Source: a virus (taxonomy: Duplodnaviria > Heunggongvirae > Uroviricota > Caudoviricetes). Taken from it: a stretch of 15,383 nucleotides of DNA. The stretch lies in the IMG/VR virus record IMGVR_UViG_3300020036_001703; one strand, written 5' to 3'. Positions within the stretch are counted from its first letter, which is position 1. Every line of letters begins with the position of its first letter. Made by a program: the position numbers and the translations under genes. Positions 5,989 through 14,237 of the stretch are shown piece by piece. Below the pieces are notes generated by a model. That model was not told where the DNA came from and ran no database searches. It saw only the letters and a program-made list of their open reading frames with translations.

Positions 5989-6756
5989 TAAATTGGGTCG
6001 TCTATAAACTCATTGAATTCGGTGGACACCTACTTGGAATCAAGTAGACAATACCGAGCGAAGCTGGTGTAATACCAGAACGTGTAACGACTAGCCGAAA
6101 GGCGTAGGGGCAAGTGCTCCGAAGCGGTGAGAAACCTAATAACTTAGGTTTAAGATATAGTCTCATCTGCATGGTGACATGCAGCATTTTAATATAGGAG
6201 AATTTCTATGATTTATAATTCAAACTCTACAGGTCCTTTTAAAATTCTGCAAAGGAATGGGGATGCTTGTTTAATTCAGTTTATAGACACTGGCACCACT
6301 AAAACTGCTCATATTTCTAATGTATTAGCTGGTAAAGTAAAAGACCAATACTTCCCTACTTTGTATGGTAAGGGGTATTATGGGGATTACGACAAGACTA
6401 CGACTTATTACAAGCAGGCTAAACAGCTTTGGCAAAATATGCTAAAAAGATGTTATTGCGAAAAAGACTTAAAAGGTTACTATGGTAAAGCAACAGTATC
6501 ACAAAGATGGTTGAACTTTAGCAATTTCCTAGAGGATTTGCCTAGCCTTGTAAACTTTAAGCAGTGGCTGGCCGGCCAACAAAAAACAGGCGGGAAATAT
6601 AATCTGGATAAAGATTTAAAGGTAAAAGGTAATACCTGTTACTGTAAAGAAGCCTGTATGTTTGTAACTGAGTTTGAAAATAAATCAGAAGGTGCCAAAA
6701 ATGGCAAACCTTATACTAAAGTGGGCAAGAGTTAACGCCTCTTGTTTAAGATAATG
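5989..6756 (+). mobile_element. group I intron 2 (768 nt, IA-like) with endonuclease ORF, in the terL nuclease motif
   Basis: P1 AGACGAT/GTCGTCT with U.G; P AATTCGGTGGAC; Q AATACCGAGCGAAGC; P7 GACTA 6089-6093 with TAGTC 6158-6162 inside AAGATATAGTCT; P8 AAACCTAA/TTAGGTTT; P9 CTGCATG-GTGA-CATGCAG; terminal G 6756. Removal gives KKDD-QADCCSDAF. Confidence 0.93.
6208..6735 (+). CDS. intron-encoded HNH-like (His-Me finger type) putative homing endonuclease
   Basis: WQNMLKRCY...VSQRWLNFSNF...LDKDLKVKGNTCY...CMFVTEFEN pattern of phage HNH-like proteins; own SD AGGAG; located 3' of P9 inside intron 2. Confidence 0.75.
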   Translation: MIYNSNSTGPFKILQRNGDACLIQFIDTGTTKTAHISNVLAGKVKDQYFPTLYGKGYYGDYDKTTTYYKQAKQLWQNMLKRCYCEKDLKGYYGKATVSQRWLNFSNFLEDLPSLVNFKQWLAGQQKTGGKYNLDKDLKVKGNTCYCKEACMFVTEFENKSEGAKNGKPYTKVGKS

Positions 6757-6930
6757 CAAGCAGATTGTTGTTCAGATGCTTTCTTGCTTTTGAACAAAGA
6801 GTTGATCATACCTGAGATGACTTTAACTGAGTTGTCTTCAACAAACCCCTTCAATTTTAATACAAGTTTAGGTCAAGCAGGATTATCTGCTCCACCTTTA
6901 CCTGTTAACTTACCTTCTTTTAATTTTTAA
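6757..6930 (+). CDS. terL: terminase large subunit, exon 3 (57 aa)
   Basis: QADCCSDAF completes the DDQxD nuclease motif; stops just before the portal SD. Confidence 0.9.
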   Translation, partial: QADCCSDAFLLLNKELIIPEMTLTELSSTNPFNFNTSLGQAGLSAPPLPVNLPSFNF

Positions 6931-6939
6931 AGGATAATT

Positions 6940-8391
6940 ATGGATGAAACAAGAGTAGAAAAAGGTTTAGATGATCCGAACCGTTTTAAACTTTCAGAAA
7001 TGGGGTATATAGGTCTTAATATCTTTGATGGTGTTACTTCTGATGAGCTAAAAAAGGAATTGAATTTTCCTTATAATCTAAAGACATATAAACAAATGTC
7101 GGTTCATTCTACTATTAACGCCGCACTGACTTTATATGATAATATTGTAACAAAGGCAAATTGGGTAGTAAGACCTCCTGAATCTCCTACACAGGAAGAA
7201 AAAGATCAAACCAAGTTCATTGAAGAATGCATGAATGATATGGAACATTCTTGGTCTGAATTTATTCAGGAAGCTTTAAGTATGACTACTTTTGGTTTTT
7301 CTGTGCATGAAAAAGTATATCGTAGACGATTTTCTTCTAATGGTAGTAAATACAATGATGGGAAAATTGGCTGGAAAAAGATCCCAATTCGTTGTCAAGA
7401 AAGTATTTGTAGATTTATTTACTCTGAAGATGGTAATGATTTGATTGGGGTTAGACAGAATGTTTCTGCTTTACAAGATCCAATGAATCGCTACAAGAAT
7501 AAGACTGAAGTTGCATTTCCAATTTCTAAAGTTCTTCTCTTTAGAACTGGTCGTCATAGAGGTGATCCATTTGGTAAGAGTCCCTTGCGTGATGCTTATT
7601 TAGCATGGAGATACTTGATGGCTTTGGAAGAAATTGAAGCTACTGGAGTTACTAAGGATTTAGTAGGTTTACCAGTTCTTTATATCCCACCTCAGTATCT
7701 TTCTGCTGATGCAACACCTGAACAAATTGCTATTCGTAAATATTATGAACAGGCAATGGCAAATCTTCAGATCAACCAGCAATCAGCAATGATTTTACCT
7801 CAAGCATTTGATCCAGAGACTAAACAAGCTTTATTTAAGATGGATCTTCTTAGTGTATCTGGTCAAAAAGGATTTGATACAACTAAGATTAAAGAATACT
7901 ATAAAAATTTAATCCTTACTTCATTATTCGCGGATATTCTAATCATGGGTCAAAGTACTACAGGTAGTTTTGCACTTGGTCAGATTAAAAATAGTCTTAC
8001 AGGTACTGCTGCTGAATCTTTCATTTCCACTATTAGGGATGTAATCAATAAAGATCTGATCCGCCAGACTTACGAATTGAATGGTTGGGATGCTTCAAGA
8101 GCTTGTGTGATTGACTATGAAAACATTGATAGTGTAGATGCTGAAACATTCTCTAAGGCAATTCAACGTATTGCTTCAGTAGGATTCTTGACGAAAGACC
8201 TTGACACTATTAATAAGATTAGAAATGTATTAGGTACAGATGAACTTCCTGAGGGAACAGATTTTGAATCTTTACTTAGTGATATGACATCCAGGTCTGG
8301 TGATGGGATGTCTAAGGGTTCTGGTAATGGTACAAGTGACAATGTTGCTGGTACTGACAACTCTTCAAATAATGCAGATAATGCAAGTTAA
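6940..8391 (+). CDS. portal protein (DUF935/Mu gp29-like)
   Basis: 483 aa directly after terL; GYIGL...ELKKEL...YKQMS and PFGKSPLRDAY...GLPVLYIP motifs typical of this portal type. Confidence 0.88.
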   Translation: MDETRVEKGLDDPNRFKLSEMGYIGLNIFDGVTSDELKKELNFPYNLKTYKQMSVHSTINAALTLYDNIVTKANWVVRPPESPTQEEKDQTKFIEECMNDMEHSWSEFIQEALSMTTFGFSVHEKVYRRRFSSNGSKYNDGKIGWKKIPIRCQESICRFIYSEDGNDLIGVRQNVSALQDPMNRYKNKTEVAFPISKVLLFRTGRHRGDPFGKSPLRDAYLAWRYLMALEEIEATGVTKDLVGLPVLYIPPQYLSADATPEQIAIRKYYEQAMANLQINQQSAMILPQAFDPETKQALFKMDLLSVSGQKGFDTTKIKEYYKNLILTSLFADILIMGQSTTGSFALGQIKNSLTGTAAESFISTIRDVINKDLIRQTYELNGWDASRACVIDYENIDSVDAETFSKAIQRIASVGFLTKDLDTINKIRNVLGTDELPEGTDFESLLSDMTSRSGDGMSKGSGNGTSDNVAGTDNSSNNADNAS

Positions 8392-8406
8392 TTTAAGGAA
8401 AATAAT

Positions 8407-10392
8407 ATGCCAAATGTAAGTGAAACAAGGCTTGGTATTGATGGTAAACTTAGTGTTGAATTTTCAGGTGGAGCAGCCTCTCGCGTTGTTGACTTGGCTA
8501 ATGCGACAGAACTTTTTACTGATGAGGCGACGTTGAATGATCTTAATACACGACACCCAGCCTCAAGCAACGCTGGGAATAGTGCGATTGTGGGTGGGCG
8601 CCTGTATCAGTCTACACCATCGGCATGGCTATTGCCAGCCTTGATGGATCCAGTGTCTCGTCATTTCGAGGACTCGGACATCGCTGATGGTATCGGCTAC
8701 GCGGCCATGCAGTACCTGGGCGGGGCTGGCTCACTGTTTCCCGCTGTCCGCCCCGAAAATTACGGAGACGTGTCAACGGATGCGACGGCTGCGATTCAAG
8801 CCGCTCTGAACGCCTCCCCTTCGATCATCCTGACGCCGGGCGTCACGTACACCGTCACAGACACTATTGTTTTGCCCGCTGGTCGTGTCTACATCTATTT
8901 CAACGGCGCGACGGTGCAGGCCTCATTCGGGACTAGCTACAGCAAGGCGCTGTTCAGCAACAACAAGACGACTGACGCATCTACCACGCTGTTTGCCGAC
9001 CGCGTGCGCGTAACGGGTAACTGCTGCGCGTTCGACATGCGGTTTACCGCTAACAACCCAGGCGCCGGCTTGGCCATCATCATTGACGGCCTGTACATGA
9101 ACACGCTGGACGGCAACCGCCGTGCAGGCACCAAGGTTTTGGACATCGACCAAGCCGACTTCTGCGCAATCCGTAACGTTGAAGCTTGGAACCTCGACCT
9201 GCCCTTCATGCTGGGTCGTGGTGGCACACGCCGCAACTGCACGCAGATTTTGCTAGACCAAATCATGGTGGCGCAGGTCAACTCAGCTTGCCGCATTGAG
9301 GGCGTTTCCAAAGGCCGAATCAACGGCTTCGACGTAATGACCTGCAACAGCGGGTTCAGCTTCGAGGGATCGAATGAACTGATTGATGTGCACCAGTGCC
9401 ACGTCGAAGGAATCGGCAAGTCGGGTTACTCGGTGAGCGCGCTTGTAAGCTCTTCGTCGGCAGGGACTGGCTGTAATTTCATCGACAGCGTGCAGCATCG
9501 GAAAATCATGCTGAAGCAGTTCGACGTGATCGACCAGGGCGGCACAGGTGGCACGGCCACTGCCGGTATTCGCGTTGGCAAGAACGACGCATCGCAGGCG
9601 ACACTCCAAACCATCACTTTTGAAGACTGCAACATCGCGGGCGCTCAGGATGCCTCGGCCAGCTACAAGCCGCTGGTTAACCGTGGCCGTTTCAAATGGC
9701 GCGGATTGTGGGGCTTCACCAGCAACGTTTCACTATCCGCTAACAGCCAGGGCTACATCGATATGGAAATCGATGACGGCTACAACAATGCGGCCCCTTA
9801 CATTGACCTGATTGGTGGAGGAACTGTGTTGAGCCTCGTCAACGGCTCGGCTACGAACCCGCCCACCATCACCGAGGTATCAGTAGGCACAACGTCATAC
9901 AACGTCGCGCATCAGGTTGTTTTCAACGCGGCGAACTACGAACTGATCCGCACGATCAACTGTCCGTATGGCTGGAACACGATTGACATCGTTGGGTATC
10001 GCACGGCGGGTAACCCTATCGTTTTCGTGCAGCAAAACGGCGGGTCGTTTACCGATCTGGTGCGTATCCAGTTCAACGGGCTTAACGACAAACAGCGTCG
10101 ATGGAGAATTGCGTTCTGGAACGATGCCGCAAACCAGGGTTTGAGGATCGGGTTGTCTGGCCAGGCCATCGGCGACACGTGCGTGGTCCAATCGATCAAC
10201 TGTTATCCAGGCCTGCCACGTCGCGACGTGCCCCAAACACTGGATCACATCGTTACTGCATTGCCGACTGCGTCTGCGCGATGGCGCTACCACCGCATGG
10301 CACTGCGAAACGGCGCAACTGATGAGACGCGCCACACGTGTGTGGTGGACGCCGCTGGCACGTACCTGTGGAAACAGTACACGTTGACATGA
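8407..10392 (+). CDS. right-handed beta-helix (pectate lyase 3-like) protein, tailspike/depolymerase-like, GC-rich
   Basis: PENYGDVSTDATAAIQAALNA...TYTVTDTIVLP is the classic N-terminal motif of Pectate_lyase_3-type beta-helices, followed by Asn/Gly/Ile/Val-rich repeats; SD TAAGGA. Confidence 0.75.
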   Translation: MPNVSETRLGIDGKLSVEFSGGAASRVVDLANATELFTDEATLNDLNTRHPASSNAGNSAIVGGRLYQSTPSAWLLPALMDPVSRHFEDSDIADGIGYAAMQYLGGAGSLFPAVRPENYGDVSTDATAAIQAALNASPSIILTPGVTYTVTDTIVLPAGRVYIYFNGATVQASFGTSYSKALFSNNKTTDASTTLFADRVRVTGNCCAFDMRFTANNPGAGLAIIIDGLYMNTLDGNRRAGTKVLDIDQADFCAIRNVEAWNLDLPFMLGRGGTRRNCTQILLDQIMVAQVNSACRIEGVSKGRINGFDVMTCNSGFSFEGSNELIDVHQCHVEGIGKSGYSVSALVSSSSAGTGCNFIDSVQHRKIMLKQFDVIDQGGTGGTATAGIRVGKNDASQATLQTITFEDCNIAGAQDASASYKPLVNRGRFKWRGLWGFTSNVSLSANSQGYIDMEIDDGYNNAAPYIDLIGGGTVLSLVNGSATNPPTITEVSVGTTSYNVAHQVVFNAANYELIRTINCPYGWNTIDIVGYRTAGNPIVFVQQNGGSFTDLVRIQFNGLNDKQRRWRIAFWNDAANQGLRIGLSGQAIGDTCVVQSINCYPGLPRRDVPQTLDHIVTALPTASARWRYHRMALRNGATDETRHTCVVDAAGTYLWKQYTLT

Positions 10393-10397
10393 TGCGC

Positions 10398-10419
10398 GGC
10401 CAGGGTGAGTATCCTGGCC
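10398..10419. other. GC-rich hairpin between convergent genes
   Basis: GGCCAGG-GTGAGTAT-CCTGGCC; no U-tract on either strand. Confidence 0.55.
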
Positions 10420-10456
10420 CCAGTGCGTGCGAAACTCTCCAACCTAGGTTAATGAA

Positions 10457-10816
10457 CTAGAGCACTTCAATATTGTACTGATTGATAAAGTCTTTAATCC
10501 AGTCGGCTTCTTTTGGGGAAGAGGTGATCTCATTTCTAATGTTGTATTTAGGCTTTTTCAAAGTAATTTGATCAGTAAGATACTTCATTTTTTGTTTCAC
10601 CTCTTCGTTGTTTTCAATGTGAATTGAGATTGAAGCTTGGATATTCATGTCATCAATATTTTTAAGTACTGGGATTAATACATCCCCAAATGTAAAGGAT
10701 GAGCAGTTTTCTTTGATAACTTCTTCTCCATCCCAATACTTGATTTTAACTCGATAGTATGAAATATCAAGAAAAGAATCTGTCTTAATGAATACTAATT
10801 TAATGTGATTAGACAT
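10457..10816 (-). CDS. hypothetical protein (moron-like, opposite to the morphogenesis operon)
   Basis: 119-aa ORF with SD AGGAGA (10826-10821) and its own near-consensus promoter. Confidence 0.8.
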   Translation of the reverse strand: MSNHIKLVFIKTDSFLDISYYRVKIKYWDGEEVIKENCSSFTFGDVLIPVLKNIDDMNIQASISIHIENNEEVKQKMKYLTDQITLKKPKYNIRNEITSSPKEADWIKDFINQYNIEVL

Positions 10817-10843
10817 TGGTTCTCCTAGTGTTAAGAAGCCTTG

Positions 10844-10872
10844 ATTGTACTAAATTTCAAATTTTCTGTCAA
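10844..10872 (-). promoter_or_regulatory. sigma70 promoter for the reverse ORF
   Basis: Minus strand TTGACA (10872-10867), 17 nt, TACAAT (10849-10844). Confidence 0.85.
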
Positions 10873-10883
10873 TATGTTTAGAA

Positions 10884-10922
10884 AATACTAGATTATATTA
10901 GCACTTTATGATATAATTTACT
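10884..10922 (+). promoter_or_regulatory. promoter upstream of the capsid operon
   Basis: TG-A-TATAAT (10909-10917), weak -35 TAGATT at 17-nt spacing; similar to the 2431-2469 motif. Confidence 0.65.
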
Positions 10923-10939
10923 TTAATGTAAGGTATTAA

Positions 10940-11341
10940 ATGCAACAAATTATAAATACAGTTCAGGTGATTAAATCCTTGAATGAAGAAAAACGTTTAG
11001 CTACCTTTGTAGTATTAGAACCTCAGGAAGAGGATGGTTTGACTACAGATTTACACGGTGACACTTATTCTGCAGATGCAGTAGAACAAGCTTGTCATGA
11101 TTTTAATACTCAATGTAGAAAAGCAAATCTTTTACATATGCTTGATACTGATTCATATGAATTTGTAGAGAGTTATATTCTTCCAGTTGAAGCTGAAATT
11201 AACGGAAAAGTTATTAAGGCTGGAAGCTGGTTAGCTGTTGTTAAAGCTAAAGAAGATTGGATTTGGCAGGGTATTAAAGATGGGACTTTTAACGGTCTTT
11301 CTATTCAGTGCAATGCTGTTTATGAAGATATAACGGAGTAA
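10940..11341 (+). CDS. prohead protease, XkdF-like
   Basis: KSLNEEKRLATFVVLEP...DLHGDTYSADAVEQACHDF...HMLD...ESYILP...GSWLA...GTFNGLSIQC pattern; position before scaffold and capsid genes. Confidence 0.8.
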   Translation: MQQIINTVQVIKSLNEEKRLATFVVLEPQEEDGLTTDLHGDTYSADAVEQACHDFNTQCRKANLLHMLDTDSYEFVESYILPVEAEINGKVIKAGSWLAVVKAKEDWIWQGIKDGTFNGLSIQCNAVYEDITE

Positions 11342-11344
11342 TGA

Positions 11345-12283
11345 ATGGAAGCAAAAACTAAGACAAAAGCTACTAGAAAACTTAAATCATTTGACTTCTC
11401 TACTCCAGATTCTGCTGTAGCGTTGGTTGGTCCTTCAGTCGGTGGGGCTGCAAATGGAATGACTACTGTTCTCTTTAAATCAGTAGGAACTAATCGTTCA
11501 GAAGATTTCATTAAGAAAGCACAGCAAATTCAAGTAACTATGGAGATTCCTGAGTTTCTTCAGAAGTTCTTTGGTATGTGGTACGAAGAAGCTGAGATTT
11601 TGGCAAGTCTGATGGGTTATGTTGAAGAAGAATCTGAAGAAGAGTCTGAAGAAGAGTCTGAAGATGAGTCTGAGAAAACTTACGATGATTATATTCAAGA
11701 AAAAATCAGTTCTTTTAAGATTTTGAAGTCTGTCAATGATGGGGCTAATTTAGCTAAAACTTTGATGGCTTTGACTGAAGAAGAACATTTGGTGTTGCTT
11801 AAGGATCAAGAATATCTTGAATCTATTATGAAACAAAAAGAAATTACTGAACCTGTTTCTGGTTCTGTTAACAATAAGGAAACTACTATGTCAGAAAATG
11901 TAGAAACCGTTACCAAGAGCCAATTTGAAACAATTCAAAAAGCACTTGATGACAAGGAAGTTGCACTTCAGAAGGCTCTCGCAGATCTTGAAGTTCTGCA
12001 AGCTGCTCAGAAAGAAGCTGTGCGCAAGGCTCGTTTTAATCAAGTTGTGACTGCACTTAAGGATGAAAGTATTGCTACTGTAGTCTTCAAAGCTGTTGGT
12101 TTGGTTGAAAGTGATGAAGATTTTGCTGAAGTTGTAAAGACTTTGGGTGATCTTCAAGAAAAGGTAGAGAAGTCTGCTCTGTTCCAAGAACAAGGTGCTT
12201 CTGGTGATGTTCAGGAAGAACCTGTTCAAGAATCTGCGGTAGCAAAGCTGGTTAAGGCTCGTGTTGCGGCTGGATCTAAATAA
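11345..12283 (+). CDS. scaffolding protein
   Basis: Acidic, helical/coiled-coil-like protein between the protease and the decoration/MCP genes. Confidence 0.7.
   Translation: MEAKTKTKATRKLKSFDFSTPDSAVALVGPSVGGAANGMTTVLFKSVGTNRSEDFIKKAQQIQVTMEIPEFLQKFFGMWYEEAEILASLMGYVEEESEEESEEESEDESEKTYDDYIQEKISSFKILKSVNDGANLAKTLMALTEEEHLVLLKDQEYLESIMKQKEITEPVSGSVNNKETTMSENVETVTKSQFETIQKALDDKEVALQKALADLEVLQAAQKEAVRKARFNQVVTALKDESIATVVFKAVGLVESDEDFAEVVKTLGDLQEKVEKSALFQEQGASGDVQEEPVQESAVAKLVKARVAAGSK
11624..11671 (+). repeat. 12-nt tandem repeat x4 (GAAGAAGAGTCT, encoding EEES)
   Basis: gaagaagaatct gaagaagagtct gaagaagagtct gaagatgagtct, in frame. Confidence 0.9.
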
Positions 12284-12303
12284 TTTTTAATTAGGAGAAA
12301 AAT

Positions 12304-12705
12304 ATGGCTGTAACTATTGGTACAGATACCTATCGCTTTAGTCACGTTGTTAAGCACGAATACGAACCTTCTCTTGCTTACTGCCGTGAAGTTGTAACTG
12401 CAAATGAATCAGGTGCTAAGACTTATGCTGTTGGTACAGTTCTTGGTAAGGTGACTGCTACAGGTAAGTATAAGATTGTTGAAGCAACTGCTGCTGATGG
12501 TTCTCAGAATGCTGTAGCTGTTGTGATCGAAGATAAGGCTGTGGCAGCTACTACTGATACTTCAGTGCTTGTGCTTGCTCGTGGTCCTGTAATGGTTGGT
12601 AAGGGTGGTCTTGTTGTTGGTGCTTCTGTTGACACTGGTCCTGAATTAGCTGCTGTGTACGCATCGCTTGCTACAGTTGGTATCCTTGTTCAAGATACTA
12701 TCTAA
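12304..12705 (+). CDS. head decoration/stabilisation protein (lambda gpD-like)
   Basis: YAVGTVLGKVTATGKY...ADGSQNAVAV...VLARG motif; directly before the MCP gene. Confidence 0.85.
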   Translation: MAVTIGTDTYRFSHVVKHEYEPSLAYCREVVTANESGAKTYAVGTVLGKVTATGKYKIVEATAADGSQNAVAVVIEDKAVAATTDTSVLVLARGPVMVGKGGLVVGASVDTGPELAAVYASLATVGILVQDTI

Positions 12706-12726
12706 TAATAATACGGAGGATAACAA

Positions 12727-13743
12727 ATGACTACATCTCGCAGTTTTTCAAATCAATTTGAAGTTACTGATTATACTCAAGAACTTAACCTGATCCCTAA
12801 TACTTGGGGTCTTATTAATGAACTTGGTATCTTCAATGAAGAAGGTATTACTCAAAATACCGTAACAATGGAATCCAAGGGCGGCACAATCGCTGTTGTT
12901 GGTGATCAAAAGCGTGGTACACGCGCTCAAGTAGGTAAGGACGATGTTGCAACCATTCGTGCTTTCACAACTACTCACCACCCTTATGATGATGCACTAT
13001 TTGCTCACGAACTTCAGGGTCGTCGTGCATATGGTACAGCAGATCAGCCTGATACAGAAGCTCGTGCTATTGCTGATAAGCTTGCTCGTGTCCGTATGGC
13101 TCATGCCCAAACTCTTGAACTTGCTCGTGCAAGCACTCTTGTGAATGGTACTCAGTGGTCGCCTAATGGTACTGTGTCTGAGAACTTCTACACTACTTTC
13201 GGTATTACCCGTAAGGAAATTGACTGTGTTCTTGGTACTGCTACTACTGAAGTAAATGAAAAGCTTCAAGAAGGTGTTGCACATATTCAAGATAATCTTC
13301 TTTCTGGTGAAGTAGTAACTGGTTTCGTTGTGCTTTGCGGTACTAACTTCTTTAATAAGCTTGTTCGTCAGGCTAATATTAAGGAAGCTTACAAGTTCTA
13401 CGCTAGTACACAAGAAGGTCAGCGCAATGGATATCGTAGCGGTCGCTATCAGATCTTTGATCATGCTGGCATTCGTTTCATTGAATATCGTGGTTCTATC
13501 GGTGGTAATGCACTGATCCCTACTGACGAAGCTCGTATGATTCCTACTGGTACTCTTGACACATTCAAGACAATGTTTAGCCCTGCTGCTAAGTTTGATC
13601 TTGTTAATACCGTTGGTGAACAGGCTTATGTCTGGACCTATCGTGATGCTAAGAATACCAAGATTGAAATTGAATCTGAATCCAATTTCATTAACATGGT
13701 AAGACGCCCACAAGCTATTTGCCGTCTTTTCAGTTCAAATTAA
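12727..13743 (+). CDS. major capsid protein (lambda gpE-like family)
   Basis: 338 aa, strongly biased codons, strong SD GGAGG, terminator after the stop codon; ESESNFINMVRRPQAI C-terminus typical of the gpE-like family. Confidence 0.9.
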   Translation: MTTSRSFSNQFEVTDYTQELNLIPNTWGLINELGIFNEEGITQNTVTMESKGGTIAVVGDQKRGTRAQVGKDDVATIRAFTTTHHPYDDALFAHELQGRRAYGTADQPDTEARAIADKLARVRMAHAQTLELARASTLVNGTQWSPNGTVSENFYTTFGITRKEIDCVLGTATTEVNEKLQEGVAHIQDNLLSGEVVTGFVVLCGTNFFNKLVRQANIKEAYKFYASTQEGQRNGYRSGRYQIFDHAGIRFIEYRGSIGGNALIPTDEARMIPTGTLDTFKTMFSPAAKFDLVNTVGEQAYVWTYRDAKNTKIEIESESNFINMVRRPQAICRLFSSN

Positions 13744-13744
13744 C

Positions 13745-13771
13745 AGAAAGCCCTTCGGGGCTTTCTTATTT
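13745..13771 (+). terminator. rho-independent terminator after MCP
   Basis: AGAAAGCCC-TTCG-GGGCTTTCT then TATTT. Confidence 0.85.
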
Positions 13772-13819
13772 AAGAGTATTTAATTCTAAGTATTCTTAAA
13801 TAAGAGAAAGGTAACTAAT

Positions 13820-14230
13820 ATGGCATTAACTGATATTGAAAAAGTTAGAATAGAAATTCAGGATGTCGATGTTACATTCCCAATTTTATCTGATGCAACT
13901 TATATTTATTTGCTTGAAAAGCATTCTAATATAATTACTAGAGCATCAATGGATGCCGCCAGAATGGCTTTAATGCAGTTATCTCAAAGAGGGAATGAAA
14001 CTGTAGACATCTTTACGATTAAAGGTAGTTCTGTTGCTGAACAGTATAGACAAGCATTATTACTTTACATTAAAGACCCTTACAACAATCCTATTTTACA
14101 GAATTGTCAGGGATGGGTAGGAGGGGTATTTCTTGATGAATTTCAAGCTAATATTGATGATTTGAATACTAACAATATTCAGCCTCCAACTGAGTCTGAT
14201 CAAAAACCTTCAAGTTATTTTATTTTCTGA
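13820..14230 (+). CDS. head-tail connector/adaptor protein
   Basis: Position after MCP; helical IEKVRIEIQD...ILSDATYIYLL N-terminus. Confidence 0.6.
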   Translation: MALTDIEKVRIEIQDVDVTFPILSDATYIYLLEKHSNIITRASMDAARMALMQLSQRGNETVDIFTIKGSSVAEQYRQALLLYIKDPYNNPILQNCQGWVGGVFLDEFQANIDDLNTNNIQPPTESDQKPSSYFIF

Positions 14231-14237
14231 GGTTGTC

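Noticed and set aside
6742-6930. Stand-alone 62-aa gene
   Set aside because: It is terL exon 3 plus 15 nt of intron; there is no SD.
8923-10335. Multiple overlapping ORFs (mostly minus strand) within the beta-helix gene
   Set aside because: Stop-poor shadow frames expected in GC-rich coding DNA; no recognisable motifs.
8384-10453. Possible att or direct repeats flanking the GC-rich cassette (AAGTTAAT/AGGTTAAT)
   Set aside because: Too short and imperfect; no integrase or transposase in the window.
11339-11347. Protease and scaffold ORFs are in the same frame, suggesting a read-through fusion
   Set aside because: Two tandem stops (TAA TGA) separate them, and the scaffold ATG has its own GGAG SD.
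333-13713. Other shadow ORFs (333-578, 1524-1757, 3075-3284, 5567-5833, 6002-6187, 8163-8360, 8388-8570, 11320-11511, 11498-11698, 11891-12229, 12748-12981, 12944-13144, 12997-13713, 13328-13516)
   Set aside because: They overlap well-supported genes, tRNAs or intron cores on the opposite strand or in another frame, with no recognisable protein motifs.
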